Source: Candidatus Eiseniibacteriota bacterium
GTDB lineage: Bacteria > ARS69
DNA: 30,305 bases
Assembly: GCA_052390515.1 (NCBI GenBank)
Contig: JBQTGV010000059.1
Coordinates: 1 to 30,305 of the forward strand
Reading direction: 5' to 3'
Both the position numbers and the translations under genes were made by a program. The notes under the pieces were generated by a model. The model was given only the letters and a program-made list of their open reading frames with translations, searched no databases and had not been told where the DNA came from. Shown here one piece after another: positions 9,036-17,278 of the stretch (positions are counted from its first letter, which is position 1; every line of letters starts with the position of its first letter).

Positions 9036-9065
9036 CCCCCGCGAGACACCGGGGTCTGCATGACG

Positions 9066-9097
9066 GGCCGGGAGCGACGCTCCCGGCCTTTCTTGTT
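9066..9097 (+). terminator. Rho-independent terminator after the PEP-CTERM gene
   Basis: Perfect 10-bp stem GGCCGGGAGC / GCTCCCGGCC, loop GAC, followed by TTTCTTGTT. Confidence 0.85.
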
Positions 9098-9118
9098 CGA
9101 GGGGCGGCTTGGTTCCGC

Positions 9119-10897
9119 TCACGCCGCGGCGGTCTCGGATCCGAACTGCAACTCCACGAGGCGCGCGTAGATTCCGCGCGCGGCGAGCAACTCGTCGTGC
9201 GTCCCTTGCTCGGTGAGCCGGCCCTGGTGGAACACCAGGATGCGGTTCGCGTCGCGGACGGTCGAGAGACGGTGCGCCACGACGAGGCAGGTCCGACCGC
9301 GCAGCGCCTCGTGAAGCGCCTCCTGGATCCAGCCCTCGGTCTCCGAGTCCACCGACGACGTCGCCTCGTCCAGCAGGAGCAGGTCGGGGTCGCGCGCCAG
9401 CGCACGAGCGAGCGAGAGCAGCTGGCGCTGGCCGACCGAGAGGCTGCGGCCACGCTCGCCGAGCTTCTCGGCCCGCCCCGAGGGCAGCTGCCCGATGAAG
9501 CGCGAGGCTCGGGCTGCCTCGAGCGCCCCTTGCACGCGTTCCTCCCGGATCGTGTCGTCGCCGAGGCGCACGTTCCAGTCCACGTCGGCGGAGAAGAGGA
9601 AGACGTCCTGCGGGACGGTCCCCGCACGTAGCCGGAGGCTCCGCGGGTCGAAGTGGGCGAGGTCCTGGCCGTTCACCAGGATGCGCCCCGAGGTGGGCGG
9701 GTAGAAGCCCAGCAGGAGCGACAGGACCGTCGTCTTCCCTGCGCCCGTTGCGCCGACCAGCGCGACCCGCTCGCCGGCCTCGACGCGGAAGGAAACGTCG
9801 CGCAGGACGGGCTCGCCGTCCTGGTAGTGGAAGGAGACGTGCTCGAACTCGATCGTCCGCACCGGTCCGTCCAGCAGCGGCCGCGAGTCGAACTCCTGTT
9901 CCTCGGCGCGCGTGTCCAGCAGCCCGAAGATCCGCTCCATCGCCGCCATGGCGGACTGCAGCACGTTGTACTTCTCGCTGAGGTCCCGCAGCGGAAGGAA
10001 GAAGCGCTGCACGTACTGGAGGAACGCGACCAGCTCGCCGAAGGTCAGCGTTTCCTGGATCACGCGGACGCCGCCGCCCCACAGCACGGCTGCCGTCGCC
10101 ACGGCGAGGAACAGCTGCACGACGGGGAAGAACAGAGCGAACGCCTCGTTCACCGACAGCCAGGCTTTCCGTAGCTCCGCGTTCTGCTCGTCGAACGTCT
10201 CGTCGTTGCGCGGCTCGCGCCCGAAAAGCTTCACCACCTCGATCCCGGAGAAGGTCTCCTGCATGATCCCGTTCAGCCGTCCGACGCGCTCGCGCGTGGC
10301 GCGGAAGCCGCGGCGCGCCGTCTTGCGGAAGCGGAAGCTCGCGTACAGCAGCGCGGGCATGACCGTGTAGGTGAGCAGGGCGAGGGACGGATCCATCCAG
10401 AAGAGCACCGCCGTGATGCCCACCAGGGTGACGACGTCGGCGATGATGGTGACGAGCCCGGAAGTGAGCAGCTCGTTGAGCGTCTCCACGTCGGACGTGA
10501 GCCGGGTCACGACGCGTCCCACCGGGTTCCGATCGAAGAAGGGCAGGCTCATCCTCTGCAGGTGGGCGAAGAGCTCGGTGCGCAGGTCGCGCATCATGGA
10601 CTGCCCGGCGCGGGTCATGATGAGGGTCTGCGCGTACCCGACGACGAACTCGGCGAGCAGCACCGCGAGGAAGGCCGCGACGACGCGCAGGAGCTGCGAC
10701 GGGTCCCCCGAGGGGATGGCGTCGTCGATCGCGATCTTGGTGAGCCAGGGGCCGGCGAGCTCGAGCGCCCCGGCCGTGAACAGGAGCGTGAGCGCGAGAC
10801 CCAGCCGCCCGCGGTAGGGCTTCACGTACTTCAGGAAGCGCTTCGTCAAGGCCAGGTCGAGTGCCTGCCCGTCGGCCTCTTCGCGGTCGGGCGTCAC
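9119..10897 (-). CDS. ABC exporter, fused permease/ATP-binding subunit (MdlB/TM288-like)
   Basis: GTG at 10897 overlaps the upstream TGA; TM domain; Walker A GATGAGKT, signature LSVGQ, Walker B LLLLDEATS, H-loop VAHRLST. Confidence 0.93.
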   Translation of the reverse strand: MTPDREEADGQALDLALTKRFLKYVKPYRGRLGLALTLLFTAGALELAGPWLTKIAIDDAIPSGDPSQLLRVVAAFLAVLLAEFVVGYAQTLIMTRAGQSMMRDLRTELFAHLQRMSLPFFDRNPVGRVVTRLTSDVETLNELLTSGLVTIIADVVTLVGITAVLFWMDPSLALLTYTVMPALLYASFRFRKTARRGFRATRERVGRLNGIMQETFSGIEVVKLFGREPRNDETFDEQNAELRKAWLSVNEAFALFFPVVQLFLAVATAAVLWGGGVRVIQETLTFGELVAFLQYVQRFFLPLRDLSEKYNVLQSAMAAMERIFGLLDTRAEEQEFDSRPLLDGPVRTIEFEHVSFHYQDGEPVLRDVSFRVEAGERVALVGATGAGKTTVLSLLLGFYPPTSGRILVNGQDLAHFDPRSLRLRAGTVPQDVFLFSADVDWNVRLGDDTIREERVQGALEAARASRFIGQLPSGRAEKLGERGRSLSVGQRQLLSLARALARDPDLLLLDEATSSVDSETEGWIQEALHEALRGRTCLVVAHRLSTVRDANRILVFHQGRLTEQGTHDELLAARGIYARLVELQFGSETAAA

Positions 10898-12699
10898 GCC
10901 GCCTCTCCCGCGTCCGCCCTCTGGGTCAGCTCTTCCAGGAGGCGCTGGCGCCGCACGAACCGGGCGTAGCTGCCGCCGCGGCGGACGAGCTCGTCGTGCG
11001 AGCCCTCCTCGAGAACGCGGCCCTCCTCCAGGTAGACGACGCGATCGGCGCGGCGGATCGTGCTCAGCCGGTGCGAGACGAGCAGTACCGTGCGCCCCGC
11101 CAGCCGGGTGCGGAGCGCGGCGAGAATGCCCTCCTCGGTGCGCGTGTCCATGCTGGCGAAAGCGTCGTCCAGCACGAGCACCCGGGAGGGACGCAGCAGC
11201 GCGCGGGCCAGCGTGGCCCGCTGGCGCTGTCCACCGGACAGCGTGACGCCGCGCTCCCCGACGATCGAGTCGAATCCGTCGCGGAAGGCGCGGACCTCGT
11301 CGCCGAGCAGAGCGAGCTCGGCGACCGCGCGCACTTCTTCCGGATCCGTGCCAGGCCGCCCCACCTGCACGTTGTCCGCGATCGACTCGGAGAAAAGGAA
11401 CGACTCCTGGGGGACGAAGCTCGTCGCCCGGCGCAGCTCGGAGAGGTCCCACTCCGGCAGCGGCACTCCGTCGAGCCGCACCACTCCCTCGGTGGGGTCG
11501 ATGAGGCGGGCGAGGAGCCGCACCAGCGAGCTCTTGCCGGACCCGGTCGGGCCGACCAGCGCGGTGATGCTCCCCGGCAGGACGGCGAGGTCGATCCCGG
11601 CGAGGATCTCGCGGCCGTTCCGGGACAGGCGCACTCCCTCGAAGCGGATGACGCCCTGGCCCGGGGGCGCGGCGCCGCCCGCTTCGAGCGGCTCGACCGG
11701 CTCGGACAGCAGGGCGTCGATGCGCTCCCAGGAAGCGGCGCCGCGCTGGAAGAGGTTGATCGTCCAGCCCAGCGCGGCCATGGGCCACATGAGCAGGGCC
11801 AGGTAGCCGGCGAACGCGACGAAATCGCCCAGCGTGATCGCGTCGCGCATCACCAGGAGCCCGCCGCGCCACAGCACCAGCGCCCCGGCGATGCCCCCGA
11901 AGAGCGTGATCGCCGGGAAGAAGATCTGCTGCATGCGCGCCAGCTGCATGTTGCGCTCCAGGTAGTCGCGGCAGGAGCCGGCGAAGAGGACGTTCTGGCT
12001 CTCCTCGTGGGCGAATGCCTTCACCACGCGGATGCCCTCGAGGTTCTCCCGCACCCGGGTCGTGAGCGTGGCGAAGCCCTCCTGGACGCGCATCACCCGC
12101 TCGTGGACCCGGCTCATGACCAGCACGACGAGGACGGTGACGAGCGGGAGAGGCAAGAGGGCGACGACGGTCAGCGAGGAAGAGATGCGCATCATCAGCG
12201 CGATGGAGAAGGCCAGCACGAGGAACGTGTTCAGCGTGTACATGATCCCCGGCCCGAGGAACATGCGTACGGCGTTGAGATCGTTGGTGACGCGCGCCAT
12301 CAGGTCGCCCACCTCGAACTTCTCCAGGAATGAGAGGGGAAGGCGCTGGAGGTGGGCGTAGAGACGGCGGCGAAGGTCGTACTCGACCTCGCGGGAGACG
12401 CCGATGATGGTGCGGCGCATCAGATAGCGGAAGACCCCGTCCACCGCGGCGAGGAGCACGAGAGCTCCCGCCCAGTGGTGAACGGGCCGGGAGCCTTCGC
12501 CCTGCAGCGAATCGATGGCCAGCTTGAGGATCCACGGGCCGAGCGCGGCCAGGGCGTTGCTGGCCAGCAGCACGGCGCCGCCGAGCAGCAGCGCACGGCG
12601 GTACGGAGCGAGCCACGGCAGCATGCGGGTGAGCTTGCGGATGCCGGCCTCCCGGTCCCGGAGTCGGGGCACGGTACGGGAGGAAGGCCCTCGAGGCAA
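10894..12699 (-). CDS. ABC exporter, fused permease/ATP-binding subunit (MdlA/TM287-like); exact start uncertain
   Basis: GDLMARVTNDL; Walker A GPTGSGKS, signature LSGGQ, Walker B VLVLDDAF, H-loop VSHRLST. Confidence 0.92.
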   Translation of the reverse strand: MPRGPSSRTVPRLRDREAGIRKLTRMLPWLAPYRRALLLGGAVLLASNALAALGPWILKLAIDSLQGEGSRPVHHWAGALVLLAAVDGVFRYLMRRTIIGVSREVEYDLRRRLYAHLQRLPLSFLEKFEVGDLMARVTNDLNAVRMFLGPGIMYTLNTFLVLAFSIALMMRISSSLTVVALLPLPLVTVLVVLVMSRVHERVMRVQEGFATLTTRVRENLEGIRVVKAFAHEESQNVLFAGSCRDYLERNMQLARMQQIFFPAITLFGGIAGALVLWRGGLLVMRDAITLGDFVAFAGYLALLMWPMAALGWTINLFQRGAASWERIDALLSEPVEPLEAGGAAPPGQGVIRFEGVRLSRNGREILAGIDLAVLPGSITALVGPTGSGKSSLVRLLARLIDPTEGVVRLDGVPLPEWDLSELRRATSFVPQESFLFSESIADNVQVGRPGTDPEEVRAVAELALLGDEVRAFRDGFDSIVGERGVTLSGGQRQRATLARALLRPSRVLVLDDAFASMDTRTEEGILAALRTRLAGRTVLLVSHRLSTIRRADRVVYLEEGRVLEEGSHDELVRRGGSYARFVRRQRLLEELTQRADAGEAA

Positions 12700-12736
12700 C
12701 GCCGCGACCGGCGGGGAAGCCGGCCAGGAACAGGCT

Positions 12737-13537
12737 TCAGCAGGCTCCGCGTCCGGTGAGCACGACCCAGACGGTGCGCAGCAGGATGGCGACGTCGGCG
12801 CGGAGCGAGCGGTTGCGGATGTAGTGCAGATCCTGCTCCACCTTCCGCTTCACGTCGTCCACGCTCGCGTCGTAGTCGAGGCGAACCTGCGCCCGGCCGG
12901 TGATCCCGGGGGGAATCTCGAGGCGCTCGGTGTAGTTCGGAATGGTCTCGACGAAGCGGTCGACGAAGTAGGGCCGCTCCGGCCGCGGGCCGACCAGGCT
13001 CATGTCGCCGAGGAGTACGTTCAGGAACTGGGGCGTCTCGTCCAGCCGGCTCACCCGCAGGAACCGCCCGAAGGGGAAGATCCGCGGATCGTCGCGGCGG
13101 GACCACTGCGGCCCGTATTCCTCGGCGTTGGGGACCATCGTACGGAACTTGTAGATGCGGAAGGGTCTGCCGTGGCCGAGGGCCTGGCGCCGGTCCGCGA
13201 TGCGGCGATCCCGCGGGGACGAAGCGTGGCGCGGCCCGCGCGCGAAGAAGCGCCGGTTCACGCCGACGCGCACCTGCTGGTAGAGGACGGGACCGGGCGA
13301 CGACAGCTTGATGAGCACGCCGATCACCACGAAGAGCGGCGCGAGCGCCGCCAGAGCCAGGGAGGCCACGACGATGTCCAGGCCCCGCCGGACGACGCGG
13401 TCCGCCCGGGAGGTGCGCTTCGCCCAGGCTGAGCCGGTCGCCCGCCGCTCGCCCCCCGGCCGGACGGCCACGGGCAGCGGGACGGTCCCGCGACGGACCG
13501 GGCGGAAGGTGTCGGGCGGAGTGATCGAAGCGGGCAT
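12737..13537 (-). CDS. Priming sugar transferase (polyprenyl-phosphate phosphoglycosyltransferase, Bac_transf family)
   Basis: ATG at 13537 after GAGG; RRGLDI + one TM, IYKFRTM, DDPRI, RLDETPQ, GDMSLVGPRPE, PGITGRAQV. Confidence 0.93.
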   Translation of the reverse strand: MPASITPPDTFRPVRRGTVPLPVAVRPGGERRATGSAWAKRTSRADRVVRRGLDIVVASLALAALAPLFVVIGVLIKLSSPGPVLYQQVRVGVNRRFFARGPRHASSPRDRRIADRRQALGHGRPFRIYKFRTMVPNAEEYGPQWSRRDDPRIFPFGRFLRVSRLDETPQFLNVLLGDMSLVGPRPERPYFVDRFVETIPNYTERLEIPPGITGRAQVRLDYDASVDDVKRKVEQDLHYIRNRSLRADVAILLRTVWVVLTGRGAC

Positions 13538-13586
13538 ACGCCGTCCTCGGTCCGCGGGGCGAACTCGGGTCTCAGGAGTCGGGTTC

Positions 13587-13602
13587 AGCAAGGACGAGGC
13601 CA
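13587..13602 (-). promoter_or_regulatory. Sigma54-type (-24/-12) promoter for the priming transferase
   Basis: Minus strand TGGCCTCGTCCTTGCT: GG-N10-GC with TTGC, about 50 nt upstream of ATG 13537. Confidence 0.6.
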
Positions 13603-13642
13603 CCGGGCTCCGGGCTCGAAAACGAGGCGCCGCTTGCCGATC

Positions 13643-13671
13643 TTGTGGAAGCCGTTGGATCGCAGTAGCAT
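13643..13671 (+). promoter_or_regulatory. Weak candidate sigma70-type promoter for the wza operon
   Basis: TTGTGG-N17-TAGCAT in the divergent intergenic region. Confidence 0.3.
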
Positions 13672-13779
13672 CCGGTGCTCCCCGGCATCGCGTTCGGCAC
13701 GGGTCTCGGGGATTTTTCCGCAGACTGCGGGGGCTTTTCTCGCGGGCGGCGCCACCTCGGGCCGAGAGGGGGAGTGGCG

Positions 13780-14826
13780 GTGAGGCTCTTCGGGGGACGC
13801 GCCCTGGCAGTCGCCGCGGTGATCCAGGCGGTGTTCTGCGCCGCGGCAGCCGCCCAGACCGAGTACACCATCGGCAAGGGCGATGTCCTGAGCGTGAAGG
13901 TCTGGCAGCGTCAGGACCTCACCGCGCAGGTCACCGTGGATCACGAGGGGAACATCACGCTGCCCCTGATCGGCGCGATCCGCGCCGAGGGGCAAACCCC
14001 CGCGCGCCTCGGTGAAGACCTCACCCGCCGCTTCTCGTTCGTCGACCGGCAGGTGAGCCAGGTTTCCGTCTCGGTGACCGAGTACAACTCGCAGCGGATC
14101 TACCTGATGGGACAGGTGCGGCAGCCGGGGCCGTACTCCTTCCCGGAGATCCCGAGCCTTTGGGAAGTCATCCGCGGCGCCGGAGGACCGCTGCCCGACG
14201 CCGCGCTCACCCGGATCCAGGTCATCCCGCCGGAGGGCCAGGGACGCCCGATCACTGCGGACCTGGACCGCGCGCTGACCACCGGCGACTACTCGCAGCT
14301 CCCCCGGCTCTCCGCGGGAAGCACGATCATGGTTCCGCGCGTCGAGGCGGGGGGCGCGGAGGGTGATTTCGTCTACGTCTACGGCAGCGTGCGCAATCCG
14401 GGCGTCGTGTCGCTCGACGCCGCGGGGACGATCCTCGGTGCGGTGCTCGCGGCCGGCGGCCCCGCCGGCAACGCGGACCTCGGCAACGTGAAGGTGATCC
14501 GGCCCGGGCCGGTGCGGGCGCGGGTGTTCGAGGTGGACCTGGAGGCGTACACGAACGAGGGAATCCTGTATCCCAACCTCGATCTGGAGGCCGGCGACAC
14601 GGTGAACGTGCCCGAGTCGGGGGCCCTTTCCTTCCGGGCGCTGGGAGGTGTCGCCAGGACCTTCACTCAGATCGCCGGCGCGTTCTTCATCCTGGTCCGC
14701 CTCACCGAGGACAACGAAAACCGGACCACCGTCGTGGTGAACGACCGGGCCGGCGGGAACACGAATCGCGCCGCGGGCGCCTCGGAAGTCGCCGGCGAGG
14801 AACCAACCGCGACGAGCGGGCCCTAG
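13780..14826 (+). CDS. wza: Polysaccharide export protein (Wza/OPX family, Poly_export + SLBB domains)
   Basis: GTG after GGGGAG; signal peptide; YTIGKGDVLSV...GNITLPLIG; SLBB-type repeats (GQVRQPG, GSVRNPG, AGG); LEAGDTVNVP; C-terminal hydrophobic/amphipathic helix. Confidence 0.88.
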   Translation: MRLFGGRALAVAAVIQAVFCAAAAAQTEYTIGKGDVLSVKVWQRQDLTAQVTVDHEGNITLPLIGAIRAEGQTPARLGEDLTRRFSFVDRQVSQVSVSVTEYNSQRIYLMGQVRQPGPYSFPEIPSLWEVIRGAGGPLPDAALTRIQVIPPEGQGRPITADLDRALTTGDYSQLPRLSAGSTIMVPRVEAGGAEGDFVYVYGSVRNPGVVSLDAAGTILGAVLAAGGPAGNADLGNVKVIRPGPVRARVFEVDLEAYTNEGILYPNLDLEAGDTVNVPESGALSFRALGGVARTFTQIAGAFFILVRLTEDNENRTTVVVNDRAGGNTNRAAGASEVAGEEPTATSGP

Positions 14827-14842
14827 TCCGGGCGGGAGGCTG

Positions 14843-16453
14843 GTGGTGGTCACGAGGAAGAAGCAGGCGCTCGACTTCCGCGAGATCCGGCGCATGCTCT
14901 GGCGCCGGAAGATCATCATCCTCGTGCCCATCGTGGTCACGATGGGGATCGCCGCGTATCAGGCCCTGACCATGCCGGCCACGTTCGCCTCGACCGCGAC
15001 GCTGGCGCCGGAGAATCCGCTGCCGCTGACCCGGCGCGTCGCCGAGTTCGTTGGCGGAGGTGACGGCGGTGCTCGCCGCGGCCGCGACGACGGCTCCCGC
15101 GCGGTTCGCGCCCGCATCATGTCGTCGCGGTTCCTGGAGGCCATCGCCGTGCAGATCGGATTCCACGAGAACCCCGCGCTCGTCCACGCGGCGAAGGCGA
15201 CTCTCCTGGAGAATCCCGGTCACGACGAGCAGGATCTGGTGCTTCGCCAGTGCGTGACGCGCCTGCGCAAGATGATCAAGGTGTCGGGCGGGACGGGCGG
15301 CTCGCTGTCCATCACGGTGGCGTCCACGTCGCCGCGGCTGGCGCAGCTCGTGGCGACGACGGTGGCCGAGCAGTACCTGCAGACCATGCGTCAGCTCCGG
15401 CTGCAGAGCACGGAGGAGGCGCTGGGACTCGCGCAGGAGCCGATGGCGAAGGCCGCGAAGGAGCTGGAGGAGAAGCGCGGCGCGCTCCGGGAGTACGAGC
15501 AGACGCTCGCGGTGAAGCCGCTCACCTCTTCGCCCGTCAGCCGCGACAACGTCAGCCGCGTCAACTCGCTGATCAAGACCGCGGAGGCCGACCTGCAATT
15601 CCAGCGGGGGAAAAACGAAGCGGTCCTCGGGCGGATTCGCGAGGCGGGTCTGGAGCCGTTCCTGGGCTTCGACCTCTTCGGGAGCCCCAAGCTGGCCGCG
15701 CTGCGGGAGACGCTGTTCGGCCTGGAGCGGAGCCTCGCGCTGGCCCAGGTGGAGAACCCGGAGGGCTCCGGGGTGGTCTCGTCCAGCCAGAGCCAGATCG
15801 CGGTCACGAGCCAGCAGATCCTCACCGAGCTGGAAGTCGTCGCCGCGTCGCAGCTCGCCTCGGTGGTGCCCGAGTATCGGCAGCTGCTCGTCGACCAGGA
15901 GTTCACCCGCGTCGCGATCGACGCGGCCGGTGCGCGGGTCGATCAGCTGCGCGGGTTCCTGGACCGCTACGAGCGCGACCTCGCCACCATGCCCGCCGAG
16001 GAGTTCCGGCTGCAACGGCTCAAGGAGGAGGTCGCCAACGCCGAGCGCATCTACCAGATCTGGCACGAACAGGCCAGCAACTCGCAGATCGCCCAGTCCG
16101 TGCAATCCACCGAGGCCGCGGAGAAGCTCGTGCTGCTGGAGCCCGCCATCCTGCCGCTCGAGCCCTTCGCGCCGGATCGCGAGCGGATCCTGCTGGTCGC
16201 TCTGGCGATGGGCGTGGCGCTGGGCATCGGCGCGGCGGTGCTGACCGAGTACTTCGACCTGACGCTCAAGTCCGTGGAGGAGATCGAAGCGCTGCTCGGT
16301 GCGCCGATCCTCGGCGCGGTTCCGCGCATGCAGGCGCTCGTCGTGGAGGATCTGGAGCAGAGGCGGATTCGCCGCATCTGGATCTTCGCCGGCTCCTCGG
16401 TCCTGATCCTCGCCGCCGCCGTGGCCGTCGGCGTGCTGCACTTCACTTCGTAG
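14843..16453 (+). CDS. Polysaccharide chain-length determinant / co-polymerase (Wzc N-terminal, GumC-like)
   Basis: LWRRK + TM, long coiled coil, LEPA..P..PFAP + TM, kinase-activating segment TLKSVEEIEALLGAPILGAVP, additional C-terminal TM. Confidence 0.88.
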   Translation: MVVTRKKQALDFREIRRMLWRRKIIILVPIVVTMGIAAYQALTMPATFASTATLAPENPLPLTRRVAEFVGGGDGGARRGRDDGSRAVRARIMSSRFLEAIAVQIGFHENPALVHAAKATLLENPGHDEQDLVLRQCVTRLRKMIKVSGGTGGSLSITVASTSPRLAQLVATTVAEQYLQTMRQLRLQSTEEALGLAQEPMAKAAKELEEKRGALREYEQTLAVKPLTSSPVSRDNVSRVNSLIKTAEADLQFQRGKNEAVLGRIREAGLEPFLGFDLFGSPKLAALRETLFGLERSLALAQVENPEGSGVVSSSQSQIAVTSQQILTELEVVAASQLASVVPEYRQLLVDQEFTRVAIDAAGARVDQLRGFLDRYERDLATMPAEEFRLQRLKEEVANAERIYQIWHEQASNSQIAQSVQSTEAAEKLVLLEPAILPLEPFAPDRERILLVALAMGVALGIGAAVLTEYFDLTLKSVEEIEALLGAPILGAVPRMQALVVEDLEQRRIRRIWIFAGSSVLILAAAVAVGVLHFTS

Positions 16454-16459
16454 GGTCCC

Positions 16460-17278
16460 ATGCGCAGGAAGCCCACGCCGAGAAGGACGCTCTACGAGGA
16501 CTTCGATCCTCAAGCGCCGGAGACCACCGAGTTCCGGCGCATTTTCACGCGGGTGACCCGCGCCGGCGAGGATCGCAAGATCCGGTCGATCCTGTTCACC
16601 AGCGCGGAGGGCGGGGAGGGCAAGACCACCTCGGCGGCGCTCTTCTCCGTCGTCGCGGCGATGCACCAGGGACTGCGCACCTGTCTCGTCGATGCGGACC
16701 TGCACCGACCGCGCGTGCACGGCCTGTTCGAGCTGTCCAAGGCGGCGGGGCTCGGCGAGGTGCTGGCCCGGGGCATCCCCCTGGAGAGCTGCCTCAAGAA
16801 GACGCGCTACGAGAACCTGAAGGTCATGACCGCCGGGGACGAGAGCACCTTTCCCTCGGAGGTTCTCGTCCCCGATCGGCTGGCGACGCTCTTCGGCCGG
16901 CTCAAGCTGCTCTTCGATCTCGTCGTGGTGGACGCGCCGCCGCTGCTCCCGGTCTCGGACCCGGTGGTGCTGGCCCTGCAGGTGGACGGCGTGGCCCTCG
17001 TGCTCCGGGCCGGCCGCACGCAGCGCGACGTCGCGCTGAGAGCCCGGCGAATCCTGGACGACGCCGGCGCGAACCTGCTCGGCGTCATCGTCAACAACGT
17101 CGACGACGTGCTCCCGTACTACTACGGGCACACCTACTACCATTACCCGGAGTCGAAGGACAATCCGCAACCTCCCCCGGAGGTCGTCGCCCGGCTGGGC
17201 GAAACGCGCGAGCAGGCTCCGGATCGCAAGGTGGAGCAGGAGCGCTCCGCGCGCGCTCGCGCCGGATCGTCGGGATGA
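16460..17278 (+). CDS. CpsD/CapB-family bacterial tyrosine kinase
   Basis: EFRRI, Walker A SAEGGEGKTT, A' LVDADLHRP, B VVVDAPP, tyrosine cluster YYYGHTYYHY. Confidence 0.93.
   Translation: MRRKPTPRRTLYEDFDPQAPETTEFRRIFTRVTRAGEDRKIRSILFTSAEGGEGKTTSAALFSVVAAMHQGLRTCLVDADLHRPRVHGLFELSKAAGLGEVLARGIPLESCLKKTRYENLKVMTAGDESTFPSEVLVPDRLATLFGRLKLLFDLVVVDAPPLLPVSDPVVLALQVDGVALVLRAGRTQRDVALRARRILDDAGANLLGVIVNNVDDVLPYYYGHTYYHYPESKDNPQPPPEVVARLGETREQAPDRKVEQERSARARAGSSG

Noticed and set aside
7875-10082. 735-aa ORF spanning the ABC and PEP-CTERM genes
   Set aside because: Only the C-terminal ~240 aa resemble a protein family; the rest overlaps better-supported genes and a terminator.
9119-12616. 1165-aa ORF as a single fused ABC transporter
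   Set aside because: Its N-terminal half is an off-frame shadow of the 10894-12699 gene; the real gene starts at GTG 10897 with a normal GTGA overlap.
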